NCBI RefSeq assembly: GCF_030144855.1
Contig: NC_082721.1
Span: 82,708,001-82,772,000 of the forward strand
Reading direction: 5' to 3'
Source: Hypanus sabinus
Taxonomy: Eukaryota
Length of the DNA stretch: 64,000 nucleotides
Position 1 is the stretch's first letter. Each line of letters opens with the position of its first letter. Below the pieces are notes generated by a model. It saw nothing but the letters and a program-made list of their open reading frames with translations, ran no database searches and was not told the DNA's origin. Below, in pieces: positions 1 to 12,869 of the stretch. The translations under genes and the position numbers were made by a program.

Positions 1-2370
1 TCAAAGGTACCACTTCCAATTTTTTCTAAGTTTAAACAGGATATGATTTGTGAAAACCATTGAGATGTAGTTGGAGGATTCATCTTTTACCAATTCAATA
101 AAATAGATCTTCTGGCCATTAAAGTAGCAAATGCAATCATCTGCCGAGCTGAAGAGGACAGATCAGTCATTGGTAAACCAAAAATTTCAGTGATAGGGTG
201 CGATTGTAAATCAATGTGCAAAACTGTAGAGAATGTATCAAAAATATCTTTCTGAAATTTTTCCAAAAGAGGACAAGACCAAAACATATGAGTCAGAGAG
301 GCTACCTCAGAATGACATCTATCGCAGATCGGATTTATATGAAAGTAAAAGTGAGCTAATTTATCTTTAGACATATGAGCCCTATGCGCCACTTTAAATT
401 AAATCAACGTATATTTAGCACAAATAGAAGAAAATTTAACTAATTGAAAAATTTTCTCCCATTTCTCTATAAGTAGAGAAAGTTGAAGTTCCTTCTCCCA
501 TTCATTTTTAATTTTATTGGATATATCTGACTGTATTTTCATAATCATATCATAAATGATTGCTATTAAACCCTTTGACAAGGGTTTAAGCCTAATATTT
601 TTTCCGTGATATCAGTTGGATATGAAATTGGAAAAGAAAGTAACATTGTATTCAAAACATCTCTGATCTGTAAGTATCTAAAAATGGGATCTGGGCAAAT
701 CATATTTATTAGACAACTGTTCAAAAGACATGAAACAGTGATCCAAAAATAAATCGCGAAAGCATAGTATACCCTTCAATTTCTATACCAAAAAGGCTTG
801 ATCCATGACAGAGGGTTGAAAGAAAAATTTGGATATAATAGGACTTTATAAAATAAATCTATTCAAACCAAAAAATTTCTGAAACTGAAACCATATTCAT
901 AATATATGTTTAATTATTAGATTAAACATTTGTTTATTCAGATTAGAAAGAACAAAGAGAAACAAAGTCCCTAAGATAGAAACTAATGAAAATCCTTGTG
1001 CAGAATTACATTTGAGGTTAACCCATTGCAGACTGACATTGATATCCACATCTTGTATCCAAAATATTAAATATCAAATATTAATTGCCCAATAATAAAA
1101 TCTTAAATTTGGCATGACAGGCCACCATTCTTTTTGGATTTCTGCAAGTATTTTTTACTTAACCTAGGATTTTTATTCTGCCATATATGAGACTAAATTT
1201 TAGAGTCAATAGTATCAGAAAAGGATTTAGGATTAAAGATTGGCACTGTTTGGAAAAGATATAAAACTTTAGGTGAAGTAATCATCTTAATAGCATTAAT
1301 TTGACCAGTCAGTAATATAGACAGTGAGGACCATTTAGTAAGCGATTGTTTGACCTGGTCTATAAAAGGTAAAAGATTGACGTTAAATAAGTCCTTATGT
1401 TTTTTATTAATTTGAACACCAAGATAAGTAAAATAATCTGTAACCAATCTAAATGGTAAATGTCTATAAATTGGAACTTTCATATTTAAATGGAAAAGTT
1501 CACTCTTATTAAGATTCTGTTTGTAAGCAGAAAAGTTACTAAACTGAGCGAGCAGGGACGTTATAGCAGGAATGGATTTCTCAGGATTTGAAATATATAG
1601 TAACAAATCATCTGCATATAATGATAACTTATGTATCATATTCCCATGGGAAATGCCAAGTATAGTAGGTGAATCATGAATAGAAATAGCTAAAGGTTCC
1701 AGGGCAATATCAAATAACAAGGGGCTAAGAGGACAACCTTGCCTAGTGCCACGACACAACTGAAAGAAAGGAGATCTTATATTATTGGTAAGTACCGAAG
1801 TCATAGGGGTATAATATATCAATTTAATCCAAGATATAAATTGCGGGCTAAAATTAAATTTCTCAAGCATACTAAATAAGTATGGCCATTCAACTCTATT
1901 GAATGCTTTCTCAGCATCCAATGAGATGACACATTCTGGAGTTCCAGATGAGGGAGTATAAACAATATTCATTAATCTAATATTAAAGAACGGTTTTTAA
2001 TAAATCCGGACTGATCAACCAAAATAATTTGAGGCAGACATTCTCCAATCTAGTTGCCATTATTTTAGAAAAGATCTTAGAATCTACATTGTATAAGGAT
2101 ATAGGCCTATATGATGTGCATTCAGTGTGAACTTTATCTGTTTTAAGAATTAAGGAAATAGAGGTACCATCAAAAGATTGTGGTAATTTACCTATAAATA
2201 AAGCATCCTTAAAGATTCAACATAACCAGGGAGAAAGTATGGTAGTGAAGGATTTAAAAGTTCTTCTGTGTAGCTATCTGGGCCAGGTGCTTTACCTGAA
2301 TTCATCGAAGAAATAATATCTTTTATTTCTTTTTCTGTAATAGGAGCATCTAATAGTAAACGTTCATTAG
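1..2370 (-). mobile_element. L1/Tx1-type LINE, ORF2 RT and C-terminal region, 5'-truncated, degenerate, runs off window
   Basis: ORF 1193-1972 has LDAEKAFNRVEW, RGTRQGCPLSPLLF and LYADDLL RT motifs; ORF 87-392 has the C-terminal CDRC...HMFWSC cysteine motif; broken by stops and frameshifts. Confidence 0.9.
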
Positions 2371-2374
2371 ATGA

Positions 2375-2680
2375 TTATTGATCATGTGGATAGTCAGAGG
2401 CTTTTTCCCAGGGCTGAAATGGCTGGCACGACATTGCATAGTTTTAAGGTGCTTGGAAGTAAGTCCAGAGGAGAAGTCAGGGGTAATTTATTTATTTTTA
2501 AAAACGCAGAGAGTGGGCTACCGGCAATGGTGGTGGAGAGTCCTGGATAAGTACATAGAGCTTAGAAAAATAGAGGGTTATGGGTAACCCAAGGTAATGT
2601 ATCATAAGTACATGTTTGGTACAGCATTGTGGGCTGAACAGCCTGTATTGTGCTGTAGTTTTTCTATTTTTCTATATTCA
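2375..2680 (+). mobile_element. CR1 LINE 3' end fragment
   Basis: gatagtcagaggctttttcccagggctgaaatggc ... ttgtgggctgaacagcctgtattgtgctgtag plus ttctat tail; same tail as the other CR1 copies in the window. Confidence 0.8.
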
Positions 2681-2744
2681 GGTCAGCTGTGTTGGCTAGC
2701 TACAGGCTGCCCCAATTCAAAAATGCCCAAGATAGCAAGAAAAA

Positions 2745-3085
2745 AATGTAGTGACCAGAAACTGGAAACACGTCATAATGTCAACTACAGAGTCCAATCT
2801 ATAAACCAGAACTCCGGCACCATTCTCCGACAGCATCGAGGATTTAAGAGGGAGACCGCCATACGCAAACACCTTCCTCGGGTGGAAAAGAGCAAGAGGC
2901 TGATAGACTGGGCTGAACATCTGTAAGATTTGACAAATGTCTGTAAATGTGTAATGGAGAGCGGTGACTGGCTGCATCACGGCCTGGAATGGAAACATCA
3001 ATGCCGTTGAACGAAAATCCTCCACAAGGTAGTCGATACATCCGAGTATATCACAGGGCCCTCCCTGCCACTGATACATATTAAA
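2745..3085 (+). mobile_element. Rex1/Babar-like LINE 3' fragment
   Basis: degenerate translation resembles the YRCxIESxLTGCITAW...KxLQRVV C-terminal block also present at 7700 and 18150. Confidence 0.6.
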
Positions 3086-3425
3086 AATTTAGATGATAAT
3101 GTGGTAAAGTAGATCAGCAAATTTGTGGATGAAAGTCAGATACTGGACATCAAAGTATGCAGTCTGAACTGGTCCAGTTGGAAAAATGGACTGAAAAATG
3201 GCAGATGGAATTTAATGCAGACAAGTGTGAAGTGGGTGGACAAACCATAATAGGACTTACACAGTGAGGAGTGCAGAACAAAGGGATCAGTGAATTATCA
3301 GATTGATAATTCCTTGAAAGTGGTGTCACAAGTACATGGGGTCGTGAAGTGAGCTTTTGGCTCAATGGCCTTCGTAGATCAGAGCACTGAGTACGGTAGT
3401 TGGGATGTAATGTTTAAGCTGTAGA
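3085..3425 (+). mobile_element. CR1 RT fragment
   Basis: aaatggcagatggaatttaatgcagacaagtgtgaagtg (KWQMEFNADKCEV). Confidence 0.7.
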
Positions 3426-3429
3426 AGAA

Positions 3430-4735
3430 TATAGAAGGTAGACAGAGAAATCTACAACACACCACAGGCCTTTCAGCCCACAATGTTGTGCCAACCATGT
3501 AACCTAGTCTACAAACTGCCTAGAATATTCTACCACAAAGCCCTCTACTTTTCTAAGCTCCATATACATATTTAAGAGTCTCTTAAAAGACCTTATTATA
3601 TCCATGTCCACCTCTGCCAGTGGCAGTGCATTCTATACACCCACCACTCTCTGTGTGAAAAATCTACTTCTGTTATCCCCTCTGTACCTACTTCCAAGCA
3701 CCTTGAAACCACACCCCCTCGTGTTAGTCATTTCAGCCCTGGGAAAAAGCCTCTGACTATCCACACGATCAATGCCTCTCATAATTTTATACACCTCTAT
3801 CAGGTCACTTCTCATCCTTTCGCTCCAAGGAGAAAAGGCCAAGTTCATTCAATCTACTTTCATAAGGCATGCTCTCCAATCCTCTGACCTTTCTCTATAG
3901 TATCTACATTCTTCCTGAAGTGAGGTGACCAGTACTGAACACAATAATCCAAGCGTGGTCTAATTAAGGTCTTATATGACTGCAACATTACCTCTCAGCT
4001 CTTGAACTCAATCCCATGGTTGATGAAGGTCAATACACCATATGTTTTCTTAACAACACTGTCAACCAGTGCAGCAGCTGTTTTGGCATGAAACGTCATC
4101 ACTACCTCCTCCCATAGATGCTGTCTGGCCTGCTGAGTTCTGCCAGCATTTTAGTGTTTTTATTTATCTCCAGCATCTGCAGATTCACTCATGTTGCAGC
4201 GGCTTTGATTGTTCATTGGAAACAGATCCCAAGATCTCGCTGATCTTCTACAATACCAAGAGCATTACCATTAATATTATATTCTGTCTTCAAATTTGAC
4301 CTACCAAAATGAATCACTTCACACTTATCAGGGTTGAACTCCATCTGCCACCTCTCAGTCTAGTTCTGCATTCTATCAATGTCCCACTGTTACCTCTGAC
4401 AACCCGGCAGACTATCCACAACACACCAACCTTTGTGTCATCAGCAAACTTACTAACACACCCTTCTACTTCCTCATCCAGGTCATTTATAAAAACCACA
4501 AAAAGGAGGGGCCCCAGAACAGATCCCAGCAAACCACCTCTGATCACTGACCTTCATGCAGAATATGAACCATCTACAACCACTCTTTCCCTTCTATGGG
4601 CAAGCCAACGCTTGATCCACAAAGCGAGTTCTCCTTGGATCCCATGCCTCCTTACTTTCTGAATGAACCTCACATGGGGAAACTTATCAAATGCCGTACT
4701 GAAATCCATATTTATGACATCTGCCACTCTACCTT
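3430..4735 (-). mobile_element. CR1 LINE 3' part, interrupted by a PLE-end insertion at 4080-4194
   Basis: ORFs 3633-3848 (DLIEVYKIMRGIDRVD), 4314-4547 ([23 protein letters not shown]) and 4554-4769. Confidence 0.85.
4080..4194 (+). repeat. Solo Penelope-like terminal unit with about 10-bp target duplication
   Basis: gaaacgtc...gatgctgtctggcctgctgagttctgccagcattt; flanked by tgcagcagct (4070-4079) and tgcagcggct (4195-4204). Confidence 0.65.
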
Positions 4736-4809
4736 CATCAAGATTTTGGTGAGGCCAAATTTGGAGCATTGTATGCAGTTCTGGTCACCAGCTACGGAAA
4801 GACAGCAAT

Positions 4810-5549
4810 TGTTATGTACCCAGTAATGGGTTAAAAAGAACCAGCAGAAATGGACACATCTGGAGTCTGTGTCTTCTGTTATAAACTCTATGTTATTAAC
4901 AACTACGTGATAAAGTGATATAAAACAATATAAGGTAAACAGGTCAGCAAAGTATATGCATATATGTAAGCGAGTCAATGAAGTTCCCTAGCTTCTCCCA
5001 GCTCAGGTGATTAGATGATACAGTCTTACGATGGGATGGTAAGTAGTCAGTTCAGTTCTGGAAATATTTGAGTAGAGTTGGAGACTCTGCTTCCCAGTGC
5101 CGATGCCATCGATCCTCCACGTCGTCCTCCTGCTCCCAAAATTCATCAAAGTCTCCGACTTGTGACCACAAAAAGAGAAATACTGGTTTTCCACAGTAAG
5201 TTGTCAACCCAGGCAAGGGTTAAACACTCCAAGAGCTCCCCACCGGTCACTCCTTTGTCCACACTGTGAGCAAAAACCCCACCCTTGCCATGGGCAGGCA
5301 AAGCTCACCAGTGTCCTCCTTGGTGTCTGGCGTGTCTGGTGTGTCTGATTACAAATCCAGTTGACCTTGTATATATATCACAAGTGCTGAACGCTCACTG
5401 TCCATCATATAGCTCCGCCTTTCCATTTCCAAGGCAACTCACAGACTTTCTCTCTCTCTGTTGCTGAAATAGCACACACGCTGTTCGCTCCCTCTCACTC
5501 TTTTTAAAGGAACGGTACACTTTAGAATAATCCTTCAGATCTTGTCACA
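4810..5549 (-). repeat. 3' LTR of Gmr1-like element
   Basis: direct repeat of 11702-12456; preceded on the minus strand by polypurine tract aaaaagaggg (5550-5559). Confidence 0.9.
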
Positions 5550-7279
5550 CCCTCTTTTTAAGAATAATTTTGATGAAACAGCAAATTTTTTGTCTTAATG
5601 GTTATACAGCTTAAAGCAATACATGTGTAATTATCAGGTAACATATCAAAGCAATACAAACTCAAACTTAACATCTAGATAAACAGTCTTCTATAATATT
5701 GTCAGTACCTTTCACGTGTTTTATTTCCATGTCATACTCTTGCAAGATCAGGCTCCAGTTAAGTGACCTTCTATTCTTATCCTTCATTTTACTCAGAAAC
5801 ACTGATGGGTTATGGTCCATGTAAACCACAAGTGGTTTCTGTGCAGGACATAGGTAGACATCGAAATGTTGCAATGCTAAAATGAGTGCTAGCAACCCTT
5901 TTTCAACAGTGGAATAATTCTTCTGATGCACATTGAATTTCTTTGAGAAATAAGCTACTGGATGTTCAATTTCATTATCATCCTTTTGCAACTGGCCGGC
6001 AGCTTCATCACTGACATCTACCGTGATTAAAAATGGTTTATTGAAATCAGGTGCTTTGAGCACAAGGTGATAACACAGAATGGTTTTCAGGTAGTCAAAT
6101 GCCTCCTGGCAAAGGTCAGTCCACGCAAATCTTTAACTCTTCCCTAGGTGTTTCATTAAGGGGAGAGCAATGTCTGCAAAGTTGTTACAAAACTTACACA
6201 CTTGGGGTGGGATAAACATCTGTCTTAGTTACTGCATTAACTTTCCTGTAGTCAGTACAGACTCTCATGCTCCCATCTGGCCTAGGGACAATCATGCAAG
6301 GTGACGCCCAGTCTGAAGTGGATGGCCTAATTATGCCGGCTGTCAGCATGTATTCAATTTCCTGTTCAACCATCTGATTTTTGTCTTGGTTCATTCTGTA
6401 AGAGTGTTGTTTAATGTGACCAACTCAGTCTACAATTATGTCTTGCACCACAACTGTGCACGGTTTTGGAATGTTAGGGAATAAATCTTTATACTTGTTA
6501 ATTAAGCTCTTCAGTTGTTTTTGCTGCCTTGGCTGCAAATGATGAATCGTTCTGTCAATATTTTTCCAAACTTTAGCATTTCTGAGTCTTGTGGAAACTA
6601 CTTTGAGCTCATTAAAATTATCTGGTATCCCAGTACCAGGAGCTACAATTTCCTCTGTTGTCATAACAGTATTTACAGGTGCTGGTTTGGGTTCATGATA
6701 ATGTTTGATCATATTTACGTGCATGATTTGTGCAGCCTTCCTCCAGTCAGGAGTTCTAATAACATAATTCAAAGAATCAATTTTCTTCATTATTTCATGT
6801 GGTCCACTAAATCTCGCTTGAAGGGGGTTGGTAAGGAGGAGGAACAACACCAAGACCCTTTCTCCAACACGATATCTCTGCTCCCTCGCTTTCCTGTCAT
6901 ACCACTGTTTCATGTTTATCTGAGAATGCTGTAAATTCTGCTTCGCAAGGACACAAGCCTTGTTAACTCTGTCTCTGAGTTACAAAACATAACTAAGCAC
7001 GCTCATACACACATTCGGATCTGACCATTGCTCTCTGAGTAGGGTCAAATGTCCCTTAGCTTTGTGACCAAAAACAAGTTCAAACGGTCTGAACCCCAAA
7101 GATTCTTGAATCGAATCTCTAACACCGAATAGGAGTAGGGGACCCCCTTCAACCCAGTTTCTTGCATTTTCCACACAGTACATTTTAATCCTTGTCTTCA
7201 GAGTGGAGTGAAACCACTCCAAAGACTCCTAGGACTCTGGGTGATATGCAGATGACACAATGTACTTAGCTCCCAACTC

Positions 7280-9388
7280 AAGTCAAGTCAAGTCAAGTCA
7301 CTTTTTATTGTCATTTTGGCCATAACTGCTAGTACAGTACATAGTAAAAATGAGACAGCATTTTTCAGCCCCATGGTATTACATGACACAATACAAAAAC
7401 TAGACTGAACTATGTAAAAAAACAACACAGCAAAAACTACACTAGACTACAGACCTACACAGGACTGCATAAATTGCACAAAATTAGTGCAGGCATTACA
7501 ATAAATAATAAACAGGACAATAGGACAAGTGTCAGTCCAGGCTCTGGTTATTGAGGAGTCTGATAGCATGGGGGAAGAAACTGCTACATAGTCTGGTTGT
7601 GTCTGCCGTATACTTTGGAGCCTTTTCTCAGACAGCAGGAGGGAGCAGAGATTGTGTGAGGGGTGCATGGTGTCCTTCATAATGTTGTTTCCTTTGTGGA
7701 TGCAGTGTGTAGTGAAAATGCCCGTGATGGTGGGAAGAGAGACCCTGATATCTTCTCAGCTGACCTCACTATCTGCTGCAGGGTCTTGCGATCCGAGATG
7801 GTGCAATTTCTGAACCAGGCAGCAATGCATCTGCTCAGGATGCTCTCAATTCAAGCCCTGTAGAATGTGATGAGAATGGGGTTGGGAGAAGAAAGTAGAG
7901 ATGCTGCTGGTCTTTGTTTGCTATGGAGCTGGTGTTGAGGGACCAGGTGAGATTCTCCGCCAGGTGAACACCAAGAAATTAGGTTCACTTAATGATCTCT
8001 ACTGAGAGCTGTCAATATTCAGCGGGGAGAGGCCATTCCATGCCTTCCTGAAGTCAACAACAATCTCTTTTGTTTTGTTCACATTCAGAGACAGGTTGTT
8101 GGCTCTGCACCAGTCTGTTAGCCGCTGCACCTCCTCTCTGTAAGCTGACTCATTGTTCTCGCTGATGAGACCCACCACGGTCATGCCATTGGCGAATTTG
8201 ATAATGTGGTTCAAGCTGTGTGTTGCAGCACAGTCGTGGGTCAGCAGAGTGAACAGCAGTGGACTGCGCACATATCCCTGGGGGTCCCCGTGCTCAGTGT
8301 GATGGTATTGGAGATGCTGCTATCGATCCGGACTGACTGATGTCTCCCAGTCAGGAAGTCTCAGATCCAGTTGCAGAGGGAGGTGCTTGGGCCTAGTAGG
8401 CTCAGCTTTCTATTCAGTTCCTAAGGGATGATTGTGTTGAATGCTGAACTGAAGTCTATGAATAGCATCCGAACGTATGGGTCTTTTTTGCCCAGGTGGG
8501 TTAGGGCCAGGTGGAGGATGGTGGCAATGGCATCATCTGCTGAACAGTTGGAACGGTACACATACTGCAGGAGGTCCAGTGAGGGGGCAGCAGGGTCTTG
8601 ATATGCACCATGACGAGCCTCTTGAAACACTTCATGAAGATGGATGTAAGTGATGGTAGTCATTTAGGTAGGACACTGAAGACTTCTTCAGCATGGGGCG
8701 ATAGTGGCGGGCTTGAAGCACATTGGAATGGTGGCGCTGCTCAGGGAGATGTTGAAGATGTCAGTGAGAAGATCTGCTAGCTGGTCTGCACATCCTCTGT
8801 ACGCTCTACTAGGAATGTTGCCTGGTCCAGCAGCCTTCCATGGGTTGACCCTGCACAGGGTTCTTCTCACATCGGCCACGGTGAGACACAGCACCTGGTC
8901 ATTTGTAGAAGGGGTGGACTTCCTCGCTGCCACATCATTTTCCACCTCAAACTGGGCATAGAAGTCATTCAGCGCATCTTGAAGGGAGGCATCACCTACA
9001 CAGTCAGGTGTTGTCCTGTAATTGGTGATGCCCTGAATGCCCTTCCACATGTGCCATGTGCTGCCACTGTCCTGGAAGTGGCTGTGGATTTGTTGGGCGT
9101 GTGCATGCTTTACCCCTCTGATGGCTCGGGACAGTTTGGCCCTTGCTGTTGTTAAAGCTGCCTTGTCGCCTGCTCTGAAGTCGGAGTCGCGGGTCCTCAG
9201 CAGCACAAGCACCTCCGCAGTCATCCATGGCTTCAGGTTAGCGCGTATGGTGATGGTCTTGGACACAGTGACATCATCAATGCACTTGCTGATGTAGCTG
9301 GTCACTGATGCTGTGTGCTCCTGTGGGTTGGTAGAGTTGCCATCGGTTGCAGCCTTCCTGTACATGTGCCAGTTAGTGTGCTCAAAGT
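7280..9388 (-). mobile_element. Rex1/Babar-like LINE, 5'-truncated, inserted in the Gypsy integrase
   Basis: ORFs 8688-9365, 8421-8663 ([17 protein letters not shown]) and 7999-8271; (caagt)n tail at 7279-7299; ACTC at 7276-7279 and 9389-9392. Confidence 0.85.
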
Positions 9389-11679
9389 ACTCTTTAACTA
9401 TCCACTGGAATGTTTTTGAAGTAAAGTTACTACCCTGGTCAGATTGGATTTATTTAACACCTACTAGTGTGAAAAATTTTAGAAGAGCTTTTACCACAGT
9501 CTTGGCCCTGATGTTTCGGAGAGGCTCTGCTTCATGGAACCCAGATGCAACACACATAATTGTTAACAGATACTCATAACCAGCTGCAGTCTCAGGCAAT
9601 TGGCCAACACAATCCTCTATGACCTGAAAAAGCTTCACCAAAAGCAGGTATTGGTTTAAGTAGTGCAACTGGAATCACCTGATTAGGTTTTCCCGCAACC
9701 TGACAGATCTGGCAAGTCTTGTAAAAATTCACAACATTCTTTCTTAAAATAAGCCAGTAGAATTCCTTCATAATCCTATGTCTTTCCCACTCCAAAGTGC
9801 TCACATAAAGGTATACTATGAGCCATGTTTAAAATCTCAGCCCTGTAAACTTTCGAGACCACAATTTGATGTCCAATGGCTTAATCCTCGTTTGCAGACA
9901 CAGTAGGTGATCTCCACTTCCTCATTAACACCCCATCATTAAGATAACATCCTACTGACTCGTTCTGAACCTCCTCTTCTATGAGAGCTGTCTCCTTTAA
10001 TGCAGCAATTTCAGAAACCCAACTTTGCTCCTCTATAAATTCAACCCTGGACAAGGAAAAACCTTCTTCATACTCCTTACTACCCAAATCCTGATGTAAC
10101 ATGGAAGGTAGAAAAGTCTCTGACATATTCTCATAAGTGAAACCCCTGTCTTTGCTATCTGCATTAGCAGGCTTTTCAGACATGCTTCGGGATACTGCAC
10201 ACGCAGGGTAAATATCGGTATCCCTGTGTGGGTCGTCAGCCATAGGCTTGCCTGCTAGCTGTACTGCTGAATAAACTTTACCCTGGATAGGTGCCAACCT
10301 ATCCCCAATGTTTGCCAAACTCAGTACCATCACTAAACTTGCAAAGACCCTGTGTACATTATGAAAATTTCCAAACAATCCATTATCCTATTCCTACGAT
10401 CTTTAGCTGGATTCGTCTCCATAGTAACCCAGACAGGTGGCCTCTCAAAACCAAAACAATCATTTTCCTCCACATCACAATTGAGAAAAGCAACTCCATA
10501 ACCTTGAAGGTGTTAACATCCAAATGTTAAAACAAATTTGAGCAAACTAGTCATCCCTCAACAGGCCATTGTCCTGAACACAGGGTCAAAGGTTGTGAAA
10601 CCAGTCCGCACTTCACAAGTTCTTTATTCAAAAATCCAGAACCAGCACCTTTATCAATACTTTCAATTACATTTAACTCACCAGCTTTTAGACCACCATC
10701 TAACACAAGTGACTGAGAACCCTCAGTTTCCACTGGTACCAAGTTTAACCCTTTATTCACTGAACCAAGTGCAAATGACACAAAAGGACTGCATTCTTTT
10801 TCAACCGAGTCAGACACCTCAGACCTTAAACTGAGTTTCAACACAAGGTTCAACACCCTGGGAATTCACAGGTACTTCAACAACCTGATCACAGGCAATC
10901 AGGACAGTTGCCTCTTCTAGGCTTTCAATACCAGTCCCAGTTTCAAATTCCAGATTCCCCTGGATTTCCCAGCTACTCCAGATGGGAAACTCTCATCTGG
11001 AGTAAACTCAACATTTGGGTTGCAACAACCTCGTCTGCTAATCTAGTAGACTCCCGCTGGGTAGCGGCATCCTTTTCATGTTGGTATGCCCTTACATCGT
11101 GGGGAAAAGACTTCTTAAAGTCTTCAAACAAGATCAGCTCTTTCAAGCTGTCCAAACCCTCAGTTACCCCTTCCGAGGTATACCAGCAATTGATGTACAT
11201 ACGTTTCTTCCTTTCAAACTTTCTCTACTTTTCTGCCTCCATAGCCTCATGCTGTCTCTGCCTTTCTGCTTCATCAGCCTCGAGCTATTTTAACTGCAAC
11301 TCATACTCATACTTTAATTTTGTTAACTGAAGCTGAACCTCAGCCTTGGTAAGTACTTTACCTTCAGTGAACATTTCCAACACCTCCTCTTCGAATTTCC
11401 CTTCAGCTACAAAATGCTCTGCTATTAACAGCTGTGTATGAGCCTTCTTCATTCGAGTGGTCACCTTAACTTTTAACTTACAAGCAATTCCCTACAGCGC
11501 ATCCCTCTTAGCATCATCCAAAGCTTGTGGGGTTGGTCTACCACAAACAGACTAACCTCAAACTCCATTTTTGCTGATAATGCTCTCACACAAATCTTTA
11601 GGAATTTCCCCAATCAAATAAAACTAGGCAATCAAGCCCCCAACAAGTTTTAAAATGGCTCCCAGCACCGTTTGTTAAT

Positions 11680-11697
11680 ATTCCGAACGAGCCCCCA
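11680..11697 (-). promoter_or_regulatory. Primer binding site, tRNA-Pro type
   Basis: minus strand tgggggctcgttcggaat, 2 mismatches to TGGGGGCTCGTCCGGGAT, 4 nt from the LTR end. Confidence 0.8.
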
Positions 11698-11701
11698 ATT
11701 T

Positions 11702-12456
11702 TGCAACGTACATCGTAACGGGTTAAAAAGAACCAGCAGAAATGGACACACCTGCAGTCTGAGTCTTATGTTATGAACTCTATTTTATTAATAACTACGT
11801 GATAAAGTAATATAAAACAAGATAAGGTAAACAGGTTAGCAAAGTACACGCATATATATGTAAGTGATTAAATAAAGTTCCCAAGCTTCTCCCAGCTCAG
11901 GTGATTAGATGATACAGTCTTATGATGGTATGGTAAGTAGTCTGTTTAGTTCTGGAAATGATTTGAGTAGAATTGGAAAGAGAGACAGAGAGTTGTTTTG
12001 TCTTCCCAGCGCCAATGCCATCGATCTTCCACGTCATCCTCTTGCTCCTGGAACTTATCAAAGTCACCGACTTGTGATCACAAAATGAGAAATGCTAGTT
12101 TTTCACAGTAAGCTATCAACACAGGCAAGGGTTATACACACCGATAGCTCCCCATCAGTCACTCGTTTGTCCACACTGTGAGCAAAAACCCCACCCTTGG
12201 CACACAAAGCTCAACCAGTGTCTTCCTTGGTGTCTGGTGTGTCTTGCGTGTCTGATTACAAATCCAGTCAAACTTGTATAGTAATCACAAGCACTGACTA
12301 CTAGCTGTCCATCATATAGCTCTGCCTTTCAGTTTCCAAGGCAACTCACAGACTTTCACTCTCTCTGTAGCTGAAACAGCACACATGCTGTTTGCTCCCT
12401 GTCTCTCTTTTTAAAGGAACAGTCCACTTTAGAGTAAACCTTCAGATCTTGTCACA
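11702..12456 (-). repeat. 5' LTR of Gmr1-like element
   Basis: direct repeat of 4810-5549; about 20 substitutions in the first 225 bases compared by eye. Confidence 0.9.
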
Positions 12457-12869
12457 GCAATAATCTTGAAAGAGTGCAGAGAAAATTTTCAAGGACGTTG
12501 CCAGGATTTGAGGACCTGATTTATAGGGAAAGGTTGAATAGGTTCGGACTTCATCTTTTGGAATGCCTTACAGTATTGGTCCATGGCACGAAAAAGTTTG
12601 GGAGCCAGTGTCACAGGGTGAAAGATCAACCTGAGGGAGAACTTCTTCACTCAGTAGGTGTTGGGAATATACAACAAGCTGTCAGTGGAAATAGTAGATG
12701 CCGGTTCAATTGCAATATTTAAGAGAAGTTTAGATATGTATTGGAGGGGTGTGGACTGCTATGATCTGGCTGGAGGTGGATGGAATAAGGCACCAGATCA
12801 AGCTAACTTGGACTTAAAGGGCCAAAGAGCCTCATTCTGTGCTGTAGTGCTCAATGGCAATAGAGAACC

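Larger units (their letters stand above)
4810..12456 (-). mobile_element. Gmr1-like Ty3/Gypsy LTR retrotransposon, two LTRs, degenerate
   Basis: TG..CA LTRs at 4810-5549 and 11702-12456; GCAAT on both flanks; minus-strand order gag (10900-11400), protease region (10551-10856), integrase (9450-9800 and 6980-7270), RT start (6194-6394), RNase H (5668-6063). Confidence 0.9.
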
